Below, in pieces: positions 54,194 through 64,000 of a stretch of DNA of 64,000 nt. The notes under the pieces are model-generated. The model did no database searches. It was not told the DNA's origin and worked only from the letters and a program-made list of their open reading frames with translations. The stretch comes from Macrostomum lignano. Its lineage: Eukaryota. How positions within the stretch are numbered: position 1 is the stretch's first letter; each line of letters opens with the position of its first letter. A program made the translations under genes and the position numbers. The stretch covers positions 1-64,000 of the forward strand of contig NIVC01001066.1 in assembly GCA_002269645.1 (NCBI GenBank). The letters run 5' to 3'.

Positions 54194-54796
54194 ATGCCGC
54201 CAAAAGCAGCAAAAAGTAAAACAACCAAGACTGCTGCTGCTACTGCTTCGGCAAAGAAGACCCAGAAACAGCAAAAGGTGTCTGCTGAAGTGGAAGCCGA
54301 CGACTCGCTACCGGGAAAATCGACTCCAGGTAAGAAGCGCCGGCGCACCCTGCCAATCAGACCGGCCCGGCAAGGCGGCCACTGCGTACTGATTTCGCAC
54401 CTGCCGGACGGCCTGCGCGAGCCGCAGCTTCGCCGATTCCTCAGCCAATTCGGCCGGGTTCACCGTGTCCGAGTGCCCCGCTCGAAGTCCGGAGCCGGCA
54501 ACGCCAAAGGCATCGCTTTTGTTGAAATGGCCGAACCAGCAGCTGCCAAGACGGTGGCCGAAACGCTGGATAATTACCTAATGTTCACCCGGCTGCTCAG
54601 ATGCAAGGTGGTGCCGGATCCAAAACGATTGACGTTCGCGTCGGACGGCCGGCTGAAGAAGCAGCCTAAGGCAAAGGAGCAGCCGACTGCCGTTTCTACA
54701 AAAGACTCCGCGGCGGCTGCGCGCGGTCGTTCGCGCCGATTGCGCGCTAAATTGCAAAGATTGAAGCAGTTGGATCCGGAGTTCGAGTTTGCTTAA
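54194..54796 (+). CDS. NIFK: NIFK/MKI67IP (Nop15-like) nucleolar RRM protein, intronless, 200 aa
   Basis: Lys-rich N-terminus, then the RRM VLISHLP...SQFGRVHRVRVPRSK...GNAKGIAFVEM...AKTVAETLDNYLMFTRLLRC, matching the NIFK/Nop15 signature VAETMNNYL. AATAAA near 54856. Confidence 0.88.
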   Translation: MPPKAAKSKTTKTAAATASAKKTQKQQKVSAEVEADDSLPGKSTPGKKRRRTLPIRPARQGGHCVLISHLPDGLREPQLRRFLSQFGRVHRVRVPRSKSGAGNAKGIAFVEMAEPAAAKTVAETLDNYLMFTRLLRCKVVPDPKRLTFASDGRLKKQPKAKEQPTAVSTKDSAAAARGRSRRLRAKLQRLKQLDPEFEFA

Positions 54797-55071
54797 GCCT
54801 GGTTTCCAAGGCCCAGTTGATCGCCTTGCTTTTGTGACGCCTAGTTGACGTTAAAATAAAATATATGGACGCGCATCGCATATTATTGCATTTTTTAATC
54901 TGCGAAAAACTTACTTCGTTCTTCAGTAATTTTATTTAATCAGTAACAAGGCATTTCTTGGAAGCTAGCTTCAGCATAATCGTATTATTTTTATGCATAT
55001 TGGCTACCTTAACATATTGTCTGTACCAGCACCCATGCTAGAGCGTTTAGTTGTAATATTTAATCTATGCT

Positions 55072-55460
55072 CCAGATCCTCTAGTTCTATCCCAGCTATT
55101 CCCTCCCAGATCATCTAGTTCTATACCAGTGATACCCTCCCAGATCCTCTAGTTCTATCCCAGCTATACCCTCCCAGATCCTCTAGTTCTATCCCAGCTA
55201 TACCCTCCCAGATCCTCTAGTTCTATCCCAGCTATACCCTCCCAGATCCTCTAGTTCTATCCCAGCTATTCCCTCCCAGATCATCTAGTTCTATACCAGT
55301 GATACCCTCCCAGATCCTCTAGTTCTATCCCAGCTATACCCTCCCAGATCCTCTAGTTCTATCCCAGCTATACCCTCCCAGATCCTCTAGTTCTATCCCA
55401 GCTATACCCTCCCAGATCCTCTAGTTCTATCCCAGCTATACCCTCCCAGAACCTCTAGTT
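55072..55460. repeat. 34-bp minisatellite between NIFK and SmG, about 11 copies
   Basis: CCAGATCCTCTAGTTCTATCCCAGCTATACCCTC. Confidence 0.95.
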
Positions 55461-55589
55461 TTATTCGAGCTAACCTCCAAGCCATATTCTGATACAATTT
55501 TTCATAAACCAATGACTTGTGTTCCTCACTTTTTCAAATAAAAGTATTGATAATCTTGACAAATACTTCATGCAACAGCATCGGCAGCC

Positions 55590-55832
55590 ATGAGCAAAGC
55601 CCAAAATCCCGAACTGAAAAAATACCTGGATAAGCGCGTCTCAATCCAGCTCAACGGCAAACGTCGTATTAGCGGCGTATTGCGCGGCTTCGACCCTTTC
55701 ATGAATCTGGTGCTTGACGAGGCTGTCGAGATTCTGCGGCCTGACCAGCAACAGCAGCAGCAGCAGCGCATGGGCATGATTGTGGTGCGCGGCAATTCCG
55801 TTGTCATCCTGGAATGCCTAGACAGGATCTGA
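55590..55832 (+). CDS. SNRPG: Small nuclear ribonucleoprotein Sm G, intronless, 80 aa, 7-Gln insert
   Basis: MSKAQNPELKKYLDK, LRGFDPFMNLVLDE and GMIVVRGNSVVILE closely match SmG. AATAAA near 55873. Confidence 0.95.
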   Translation: MSKAQNPELKKYLDKRVSIQLNGKRRISGVLRGFDPFMNLVLDEAVEILRPDQQQQQQQRMGMIVVRGNSVVILECLDRI

Positions 55833-55987
55833 TCTGAAAAATAGCCTTATTGATCTGCTATTGATTGAATGAAATAAAATTCAACAATTTTTCTATCTCA
55901 ATTGTTCATAGCAAGTCCGTGCTAGTTTCGAATAAAAAAATGTTTTGATATTAACCAGCTTACCCTGTTAGTGCCGAGATGTTAACA

Positions 55988-57445
55988 CCCCTCAAGATCC
56001 TAGAGTTGGTAGCGTCACCACCCCTCAAGATCCTAGAGTTGGTAGCGTCACCACCCCTCAAGATCCTAGAGTTGGTAGCGTCACCACCCCTCTAGATCCT
56101 AGAGTTGGTAGCGTCACCACCCCTCAAGATCCTAGAGTTGGTAGCGTCACCACCACTCTAGATCATAGAGTTGGTAGCGTCACCACCCCTCTAGATCATA
56201 GAGTTGGAAGCGTCACCACCCCTCTAGATCATAGAGTTGGTAGCGTCACCACCCCTCAAGATCCTAGAGTTGGTAGCGTCACCACCCCTCTAGATCCTAG
56301 AGTTGGTAGCGTCACCACCCCTCAAGATCCTAGAGTTGGTAGCGTCACCACCACTCTAGATCCTAGAGTTGGTAGCGTCACCACCCCTCAAGATCCTAGA
56401 GTTGGTAGCGTCACCACCCCTCAAGATCCTAGAGTTGGTAGCGTCACCACCCCTCTAGATCCTAGAGTTGGAAGCGTCACCACCCCTCAAGATCCTAGAG
56501 TTGGAAGCGTCACCACCCCTCAAGATCCTAGAGTTGGAAGCGTCACCACCCCTCAAGATCCTAGAGTTGGAAGCGTCACCACCCCTCTAGATCCTAGAGT
56601 TGGTAGCGTCACCACCCCTCAAGATCCTAGAGTTGGAAGCGTCACCACCCCTCTAGATCCTAGAGTTGGTAGCGTCACCACCCCTCAAGATCCTAGAGTT
56701 GGTAGCGTCACCACCCCTCTAGATCCTAGAGTTGGTAGCGTCACCACCCCTCAAGATCCTAGAGTTGGTAGCGTCACCACCACTCTAGATCCTAGAGTTG
56801 GTAGCGTCACCACCCCTCAAGATCCTAGAGTTGGTAGCGTCACCACCCCTCAAGATCCTAGAGTTGGTAGCGTCACCACCCCTCAAGATCCTAGAGTTGG
56901 TAGCGTCACCACCCCTCAAGATCCTAGAGTTGGTAGCGTCACCACCCCTCTAGATCCTAGAGTTGGAAGCGTCACCACCCTCAAGATCCTAGAGTTGGAA
57001 GCGTCACCACCCCTCAAGATCCTAGAGTTGGAAGCGTCACCACCCCTCAAGATCCTAGAGTTGGAAGCGTCACCACCCCTCTAGATCCTAGAGTTGGTAG
57101 CGTCACCACCCCTCAAGATCCTAGAGTTGGAAGCGTCACCACCCCTCTAGATCCTAGAGTTGGAAGCGTCACCACCCCTCAAGATCCTAGAGTTGGAAGC
57201 GTCACCACCCCTCAAGATCCTAGAGTTGGAAGCGTCACCACCCCTCAAGATCCTAGAGTTGGAAGCGTCACCACCCCTCAAGATCCTAGAGTTGGAAGCG
57301 TCACCACCCCTCAAGATCCTAGAGTTGGAAGCGTCACCACCCCTCAAGATCCTAGAGTTGGAAGCGTCACCACCCCTCAAGATCCTAGAGTTGGAAGCGT
57401 CACCACCCCTCAAGATCCTAGAGTTGGAAGCGTCACCACCCCTCT
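55988..57445. repeat. 33-bp minisatellite (GATCCTAGAGTTGG[T/A]AGCGTCACCACCCCTC[A/T]A), about 44 copies
   Basis: Direct reading. Confidence 0.95.
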
Positions 57446-59315
57446 CCCAGCTCTCTAAACTTAGTAGGCATCTTATTTCCCCGTAAGGCCTGTTTTCTAT
57501 TTGCTAGCAGCCTGTTGTTTCTGTAACTAATCTACGAAAAAATGTTAAATATTTCTTGCAGTAAAGAACTATGCTCCGGTGGCTGACCTGTTATTGGGAA
57601 CTTAATTAATGTAATTTTGCTTGCATTTTCGCTAAATAATGTAACATTGTTTTGCGTAATTTTATGCTTTTTAGGTTCAATAAAGTAAGTGTTGGTGATT
57701 AATCACGGTTGAAATATGTCATTTGAAACCTGACACACTTGAGCGTATGAAAAGTTTTTTATGCTTATGTTCTTCTAGCTCGTATTTCTTGTTTCAACAT
57801 TAGGACATAGGGCTCAGAAGCACAGATATAAAAGGTGATGATATTAACTCCTGTATCACTCTTGTCCGTGTACTACATGTAAATAACTTCATTCCTTCAG
57901 TAGTCGAAATTATAGTAGAGTAGTTATTTTCATTCTGCTCTGGCGTCCGCTTGGGAATTGCTTTGAGCTCAGTCTAGTTATAGCCAGCAACGAAAGCAAT
58001 ATCTGGTCATCTCTTTGTGCCAACAGATCGCGCGGAATCCATCAGCTTGCTGATTGTGTGCCTGCCAGTGCAATCTTTGCATGGAAAATGGAAATATATA
58101 TTGCTCAAGCCAGTTATTCAGTCAGTTTCGGGTGAAGCCGAAGCTTCCACACGATGCAAAAAAATAGCGTGAACTCCTCCATCCATATCGCTAGCAGTTG
58201 TCTATTAGTGAGTTCCCTTCTGTCCCAAACTGCGTTGATTACTTTTCCCAGACTGAATCGCGTTTTTTCGTTGGTTGGAATTCCTGCGTGGTCGTGCGCC
58301 TGTTTTTTCTCTAAGATATTCGTAAGATTGCCCGGCTATTGCATTCATTTCTGCTTTGGTCTTTGCGAAAACCAAGTCAATCCCGATGATATTCCGATGG
58401 TTCTGCCCGGTTTCCAGAAAGTTTATACCGCTTTCCATCGGCTTTTATTGAGAAGTGTTAATATTATGAATAAATAAGAAACCATTGTTGCTTATACCTT
58501 GACGAAGTCTGCCGCGCGATAGTCCTCGAATGTTGGCGTGGTTGGGATAAGTGCCGCTGCGGGGCGTGAAAATCCCACGCTACTTGCCGCCGCTAATACT
58601 CTCTTGTCAAGAGTGATTCTCGTTGCGTAGATCTCAGAGCTGTCGGCTGCAGCTTCTCCCTTTGGACCTTGCATCGTTGCTATCGCGGGATTCGATTCGT
58701 CAATTCCCAGTAAGACCTCACCTTCAAGGGCTCCTTTCTCACCGGTATGGCAATCTAATTAATAATCTGGCTGCGGAAGAGGCTGTAAGTGGTTCCGCTA
58801 GCGCCTACGGATCTGGCTAGCCGGAGCACTGCAGCAGTGCTAGCGATTCTCTTCGATGCTTTAAGCGCCGCTGCAGAGGAAAAAGTAATACCCTCTACAC
58901 TTGCACTTGCTCGGAGATTAGAATTCGATTAATGGCCGCGCCAATAGCAGCAGCAGAGGACGTTTTTTCGCTTCAATCCGAATTTCAAATTCCAATGTAT
59001 CGAAGTTAATGGTTACAAGTTTTTTAAATCAATAAACGCTCGTATCAGAGCTGATTCGCTACTAATGGAGTGAACAATAGTGAAATATATATTTATGAAT
59101 TTGTGCAGAAGAAGGGCTCGTTTCTCTTCTTCAACTAGGACATTGATGTTTAACTTGGTTTATTTCTGTTTTCAACCTGCACGCAATGGTATATATTTAT
59201 CGAACGTTCATGTAAGCTGGTTTATGCAGCTTAACTAGTACACTGATTGAAGCAATATCAGTCTGGGATTTTTTCATTCTGGTTGTCTTTGACATGGCCG
59301 TCTTTGTCTGTTGGC

Positions 59316-59906
59316 TCACCTGCCCCATGGCATGTTTCCGTAGGTTCGTTTGCCCCATGGCATGCTTCCGTAGGCTCGCTTTCCCCATGGCATGCTTCCG
59401 TAGGCTCGCTTGCCCCATGGCATGCTTCCGTAGGCTCGCTTGCCCCATGGCATGCTTCCGTAGGCTCGCTTGCCCCATGGCATGCTTCCGTAGGCTCGCT
59501 TTCCCCATGGCATGCTTCCGTAGGCTCGCTTTCCCCATGGCATGCTTCCGTAGGCTCGCTTTCCCCATGGCATGCTTCCGTAGGCTCGCTTTCCCCATGG
59601 CATGCTTCCGTAGGCTCGCTTTCCCCATGGCATGCTTCCGTAGGCTCGCTTTCCCCATGGCATGCTTCCGTAGGCTCGCTTTCCCCATGGCATGCTTCCG
59701 TAGGCTCGCTTGCCCCATGGCATGCTTCCGTAGGCTCGCTTGCCCCATGGCATGCTTCCGTAGGCTCGCTTCTCAGCATCGAATTCTTGATCTTCCCCGC
59801 CTTCAGAAGCTGAGGCAGCCACGGAAGCGCACGTGATGGCTAGAAATAGCAGCATAATGGCTAGGTGAGCTCGGCCCCACACTGCAGCTGTCGTCCATGG
59901 CTTCAT
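59316..59906 (-). CDS. npp-5: PWamide (NPP-5-like, Wamide/MIP-type) neuropeptide precursor: signal peptide, acidic spacer, 14x AYGSMPW-GKR, then TYGNMPW-GR-stop
   Basis: The true ATG is at 59906 (the listed ORF starts at a TTG), directly after a polypyrimidine acceptor (ttttcttag|gATG). A hydrophobic signal ends about VAASA. KR cleavage sites and Gly amide donors flank each peptide. The Y/W-x4-Wamide register matches flatworm NPP-5 peptides as recalled (AAYMDLPWamide, PNWKDMPWamide). Confidence 0.9.
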   Translation of the reverse strand: MKPWTTAAVWGRAHLAIMLLFLAITCASVAASASEGGEDQEFDAEKRAYGSMPWGKRAYGSMPWGKRAYGSMPWGKRAYGSMPWGKRAYGSMPWGKRAYGSMPWGKRAYGSMPWGKRAYGSMPWGKRAYGSMPWGKRAYGSMPWGKRAYGSMPWGKRAYGSMPWGKRAYGSMPWGKRAYGSMPWGKRTYGNMPWGR

Positions 59907-60914
59907 CCTAAGAAAATAGAGGAGTGAAATATTAAAAAGCAATGATGAATTGACACCGCGTGCGTTTATCTTCGACAGGCCTGTGTAGTCAGTTAATCAG
60001 AGATGGACCACCATCAATCAGCTGGCATACGCTTGCATAGACAAGGCGTTTCACTATATGCGCCGGCGATTAATTTAAATAGTGACAGCGCGATAAATTT
60101 TGCGGATATTAAATTTCCTTGCCAGGTGGTAGGTTCCTATGGTTCCTGAGTCGTAACGTACAAATTTCAGTTCGATTCCGAAGTTTCCCGTGTGTTATCT
60201 AAACGAATGTGGCCTGTGCTATATTGGTCTTCCTAATCTTTCCTAGCGATTCTTCACATCCTTCACAGTCAAGGATGCTGCGATTGATCCTAAGAATAGC
60301 ATCATTTGTCGGTGTGTTCGATCGTCTACAACGCACCTTTTTAGCAGGTGTACCGTCTCTGGTTTGAGCATAGCCAGTTCTTGATTAGGTTCTCAAAAAG
60401 TTCTTGAATTTACTCATGCCAAGCTTCACTCACTTGATTCTCGCACTTACTTTGGACAGCTTGACTCCAAGAGGGTACTCGCTCTCTCTCCTTCGGTGCC
60501 TGCCTGCGTGAAGATTTTTCAGTTCACTGAAACTTTCAGGACCGGCCTGTCTTCTGATCGCTTTCTTACTTGCTGCGAGAAGCGAAACTGCGAAGCTTTC
60601 CCTACTGGAATTTTATTGACTGAGCCGCGATCCCTTGCGCTCATCCCGACATCTCCATCGCAGGTGGCGCCCGCCACCCCATCCCGCCCCCACAGTTCCG
60701 ATAAGCGCGTCTTCTCTGCCTGCCGTAGTTGATTGGGCGAATCGGGAGCGAATCAGTGCGCGGAATGCCAAAGCACTGTGTTTTGGGTCGCCTTAGTGGT
60801 AATTGGGAGAAAACTAAATTAAACAAAATGAATTGCCCCGGATCTGCTATACACTCCCGAAAACTGTAAACGAAGCAAGCGCTTGTAGCATGTCTAGATC
60901 GAGTGATAGTAGCT

Positions 60915-61225
60915 TGTGTCGAGTAGGAGTAGCTTGTCTAGAGTAGGAGCAGCTTGTCTAGAGTAGGAGTAGCTTGTCTAGAGTAGGAGTAGCATGTCTA
61001 GAATAGGAGTAGCATGTCTAGAGTAGGAGTAGCATGTCTAGAGTAGGAGTAGCATGTCTAGAGTAGGAGTAGCTTGTCTAGAGTAAAAGTAGCTTGTCTG
61101 GAGTTGGAGTAGCTTGTCTAGAGTAGGATTAGCATGTCTAGAATAGTAGTAGCTTGTCTGGAGTAGGAGTAGCTTGTCTAGAGTTGGAGTAGCTTGTCTA
61201 GAGTAAAAGTAGCTTGTTTAGAGCT
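60915..61225. repeat. 20-bp minisatellite (GAGTAGGAGTAGC[T/A]TGTCTA)
   Basis: Direct reading. Confidence 0.95.
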
Positions 61226-61539
61226 GAAAAGAACTCGAAAGTCGAGCAGAAGAACAAAATAAGGTCATCGAAGTATAAATATCATCCATCACTTGAGTCA
61301 ATCACAGCATTGAATTTTCAAAATTTCACATAAACCTTAGAGCAACTGACATGGTGACCGCTTGATCCGAAGATTTGTATACGAGCGTAAATCCGGATTC
61401 CAGGGCTAATTGAGTCTCAGATTGATCACTTATCAGAGAATTATTTCGTTGTCAAATTAGATACGAGAATTGGTTTCTACGCTTGTACCGGCAAATTATG
61501 ATTGTTTTTTAACTATAGGGCTTCTCCGGCACGCAGGCT

Positions 61540-61660
61540 GGATTTAAATCCACGTTGTTTCAGAAAAGAGATTTGGGAGCACGGGATCTGAAAGATTGCG
61601 AGGAAGGTAAATGAGAGGGAAGCCGTGAAAGAGCAACAAATCTAGTTGATGAGTTTGAAG
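61540..61660 (+). pseudogene. Possible R4/NeSL-type non-LTR fragment
   Basis: TLFQKRDLGARDLKDCE resembles the RLYLPRxxGGRGL motif. Short match only. Confidence 0.25.
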
Positions 61661-61916
61661 CCGTTAGAACTATATTCAGAAGCTCTTGTACAAGGAACCA
61701 ATTAATTATGTCGTCTTCGGCTTATGACTGAGCAACGGTGAAGCCGCTTAACGCTATCACAAACTTAACTGAGCAATGTGTGCATGTAGATTTGTAGGTC
61801 GAGACTCAAGCCACTATCATGACAGTGATTTGTTTACCTGAACGTTGTAAAGAGTGGCACTCTTTATTTATGCCTGTCAGCTGCAACAAATAGCTCGTAC
61901 TTGCGCTGGGGCACTG

Positions 61917-62225
61917 GGGGTAGCTCAGCGGTAGACGCATGTAATTCTCGTGCCAAATTACATTGGTTTGATTCCATGCGTGACCGCATATTAATTTGGG
62001 GCTTGTGCATGAAAATTTGCCTGGAGTTGGTGGGAATTCTGGCTCATGAAGGCCAATCTCCAAGACACCGTGCGTATATTCCTGAAAATGAGTAAGTCAG
62101 GGCCGCTGTGTACCTTGTACACCCTGCGTGAACATGTGCCCCGTACATATCTGTGTTTGTGCGCTCAGATGTCAGGGCAATGGGCATGGCTGCTTGCCTC
62201 CTTGCGGGCTGCAAGTTGACTGTCG
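61917..62225 (+). mobile_element. tRNA-derived SINE, family A (near full length)
   Basis: A-box TAGCTCAGCGG at 61921 and B-box GGTTTGATTCC at 61965. The body is shared with the other family A copies. Confidence 0.65.
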
Positions 62226-64000
62226 CCTGAGATTTGAGGCAATTACCCGAAGTCCCTGCAAACTAAGTAACGCTAATGATAGTATAAAAGGCTAATATAA
62301 GATTATATGCCGGGATTTATCGGTAGAATTGGGTATCCGTGGCGCTGGCATGTCATAAGGCAGTCGACGAAACGCCGAGTATTACGGGGTCAGTACCGGC
62401 TGTGAAAAGTAGCCTGCTAGCTGGAGTCGCAACAGGTGGTCTAAGACAGGCCAATAGGTTCGCCGGAGTCCTTGTCTCGGGAATTGATGCAACAGCACGG
62501 TCTCGACTACGACCGTCTCGTACCGTCCGAAACAACGACGCTCTCTGGTGGTTAGATAGATAAATAGATCTGTTGTGATGTTAAACATGAATCAATGTAG
62601 ACCCGCTCTCTCTGAGATTCTTCCTTCACTCACTCAATTCACGCGCTCTGGTTACACCAAACGGGAACGGCTTCTTTTGTAAAACCAAGAAAATAAAATG
62701 TAACAAAACTTTAGCAGAAAGTTTTAGGAGAAAAATCAACAGTTCACGATTATGACACAGAAAACCTAATGAAAGGTACGATTGTGACAATTTGGTTTGC
62801 AATGCGAATGCAGTGAAATATCCAAAGCAGAAAAGTGGAGGAAAAAAGCCCGGAGAGGAAAACTTCATGCAGATAAGAGTATACAAAGAATTGTCTCTGT
62901 CGCTGATGTGGAAGGTGAAAAACTGCAACTGACGAGAGCTACCCTGCTGCTCAGTCGGTGCGGTGGGTAGTGAAGTGGTTGAGGAGTGGAAGACAAGGCG
63001 TATGCATAGCTCGTTTACATCGCAAAAGTTGCTTGTTGGCGGCACACGCCAAATTTCGGCCTTGGAGAGCATGTTCGCGGTGCGTGCCCTGGCCTAGCCC
63101 TGGCGGTGGCTTGAGACGACAGAAAATAGCAACTATAGGTCTGATCGCTTCAAGACCCACCAGCTGGTATTCTTGGACTATATTAACGCCGCGCATTGAG
63201 GTGCAAACACAGTGTATTGAGAGCTGATTAACCTGTCAATCAAGATTTATTGGCGAGTTGAGCAGGGCTCGCCAGTCTCGTCATGCGTATCGCTTCTCAG
63301 CCTTAACCTCCGCGTCCTTCTGCTCTGCGCTGACTCCTTGCCTCACCATTCACAATTTCTGGCTAACTCACCTTTTCCCAGCCCGACAACTGGTGTAGGT
63401 CAGCCTAGTGGGATATTCATAAAATGGCAAGGCGTTCCCTCCCTACTTCAAGGTGCTGCCGAGAGTGCTGAATGTTTGGGTACTCTAGTCTTTCAGCCGA
63501 ATACGATTTTCTGTAGCCAATCTTTACTTGTAATTTCTTTTCTGTCTCGTTGATAATAACTCAGGTGTTGGCAGCTCAAGAAACGCTGAGTCCTCAAAGC
63601 AGGATAGAAGGATATATGGTTAAAGAAGGGTGCGGGTTAAGGATGCAGACAAGGATATTAAGGATACGGCTGCACAGGTAAGAAACACAATAGACGCTTG
63701 AGTCTACTCTCGGATCTGTATTTGCACAGCAGCCAAGTGAAAAAAATGATCCTTGCCAACACTCCCAACCCTGCAGTCTGCGCGTGGCGTTACCTTTTCG
63801 GTTTCTTTTCAGCACCTCATTTGCATAAAGTGCACGCCGAATGTCGTGGTGAAGTTCTTGAACGTTCGGAGAGATGGCGCTTAGTTGTTTTTTTCCGAAT
63901 TCGGCTATTTAACAAGGTTAGCAGTCTACAATGTAAGGAAAGGATCTGCGAAGCTAATCAAGCCTTACTTCATCGTGCTAATAATAGCGCACACTAAAAG

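Noticed and set aside
55988-57445. CRISPR-like array (33-bp repeats; also the 30-34-bp arrays elsewhere)
   Set aside because: Units are head-to-tail with no unique spacers, there are no cas genes, and the context is eukaryotic.
58623-58820. Plus-strand ORF ending SAYGSG, with RYGNL, as a second neuropeptide gene
   Set aside because: No signal peptide or dibasic sites; the AYGS match is likely chance.
59197-59836. Alternative-frame and antisense ORFs over the neuropeptide array
   Set aside because: A 30-bp unit keeps them open. Only the AYGSMPWGKR frame has a signal peptide and processing sites.

Overview
AT/GC-mosaic eukaryotic (animal) DNA. The flatworm-type PWamide precursor, the GCx/CAG-rich compact genes and the very dense minisatellites point to a free-living flatworm such as Macrostomum (inference). 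Recognisable genes: ARMT1/DUF89 phosphatase (2 exons, +), NIFK/Nop15-like RRM protein (+), Sm protein G with a poly-Gln insert (+), and an NPP-5-like Wamide precursor encoding 14x AYGSMPWamide plus 1x TYGNMPWamide (-). An unidentified multi-exon, low-complexity gene runs on the minus strand from about 36.6 kb to at least 13.2 kb. The rest is about 20 unrelated minisatellite arrays, two tRNA-derived SINE families and several MITEs. Three unusual items stand out. (1) Two copies of a ~298-bp MITE with 14-bp TIRs and perfect 8-bp TSDs carry a degenerate 28S rRNA H69-H71 segment, the R2/Pokey/I-PpoI target, altered at the cut site. (2) A ~12-kb CpG-depleted island holds LINE RNase H and hAT transposase relics whose motif-breaking changes, where read, are C-to-T or G-to-A, including non-CpG sites (RIP-like). 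(3) A perfect 94-bp inverted repeat carries a Penelope-type minimal hammerhead ribozyme inside an intron. All calls were made by eye, without database searches.
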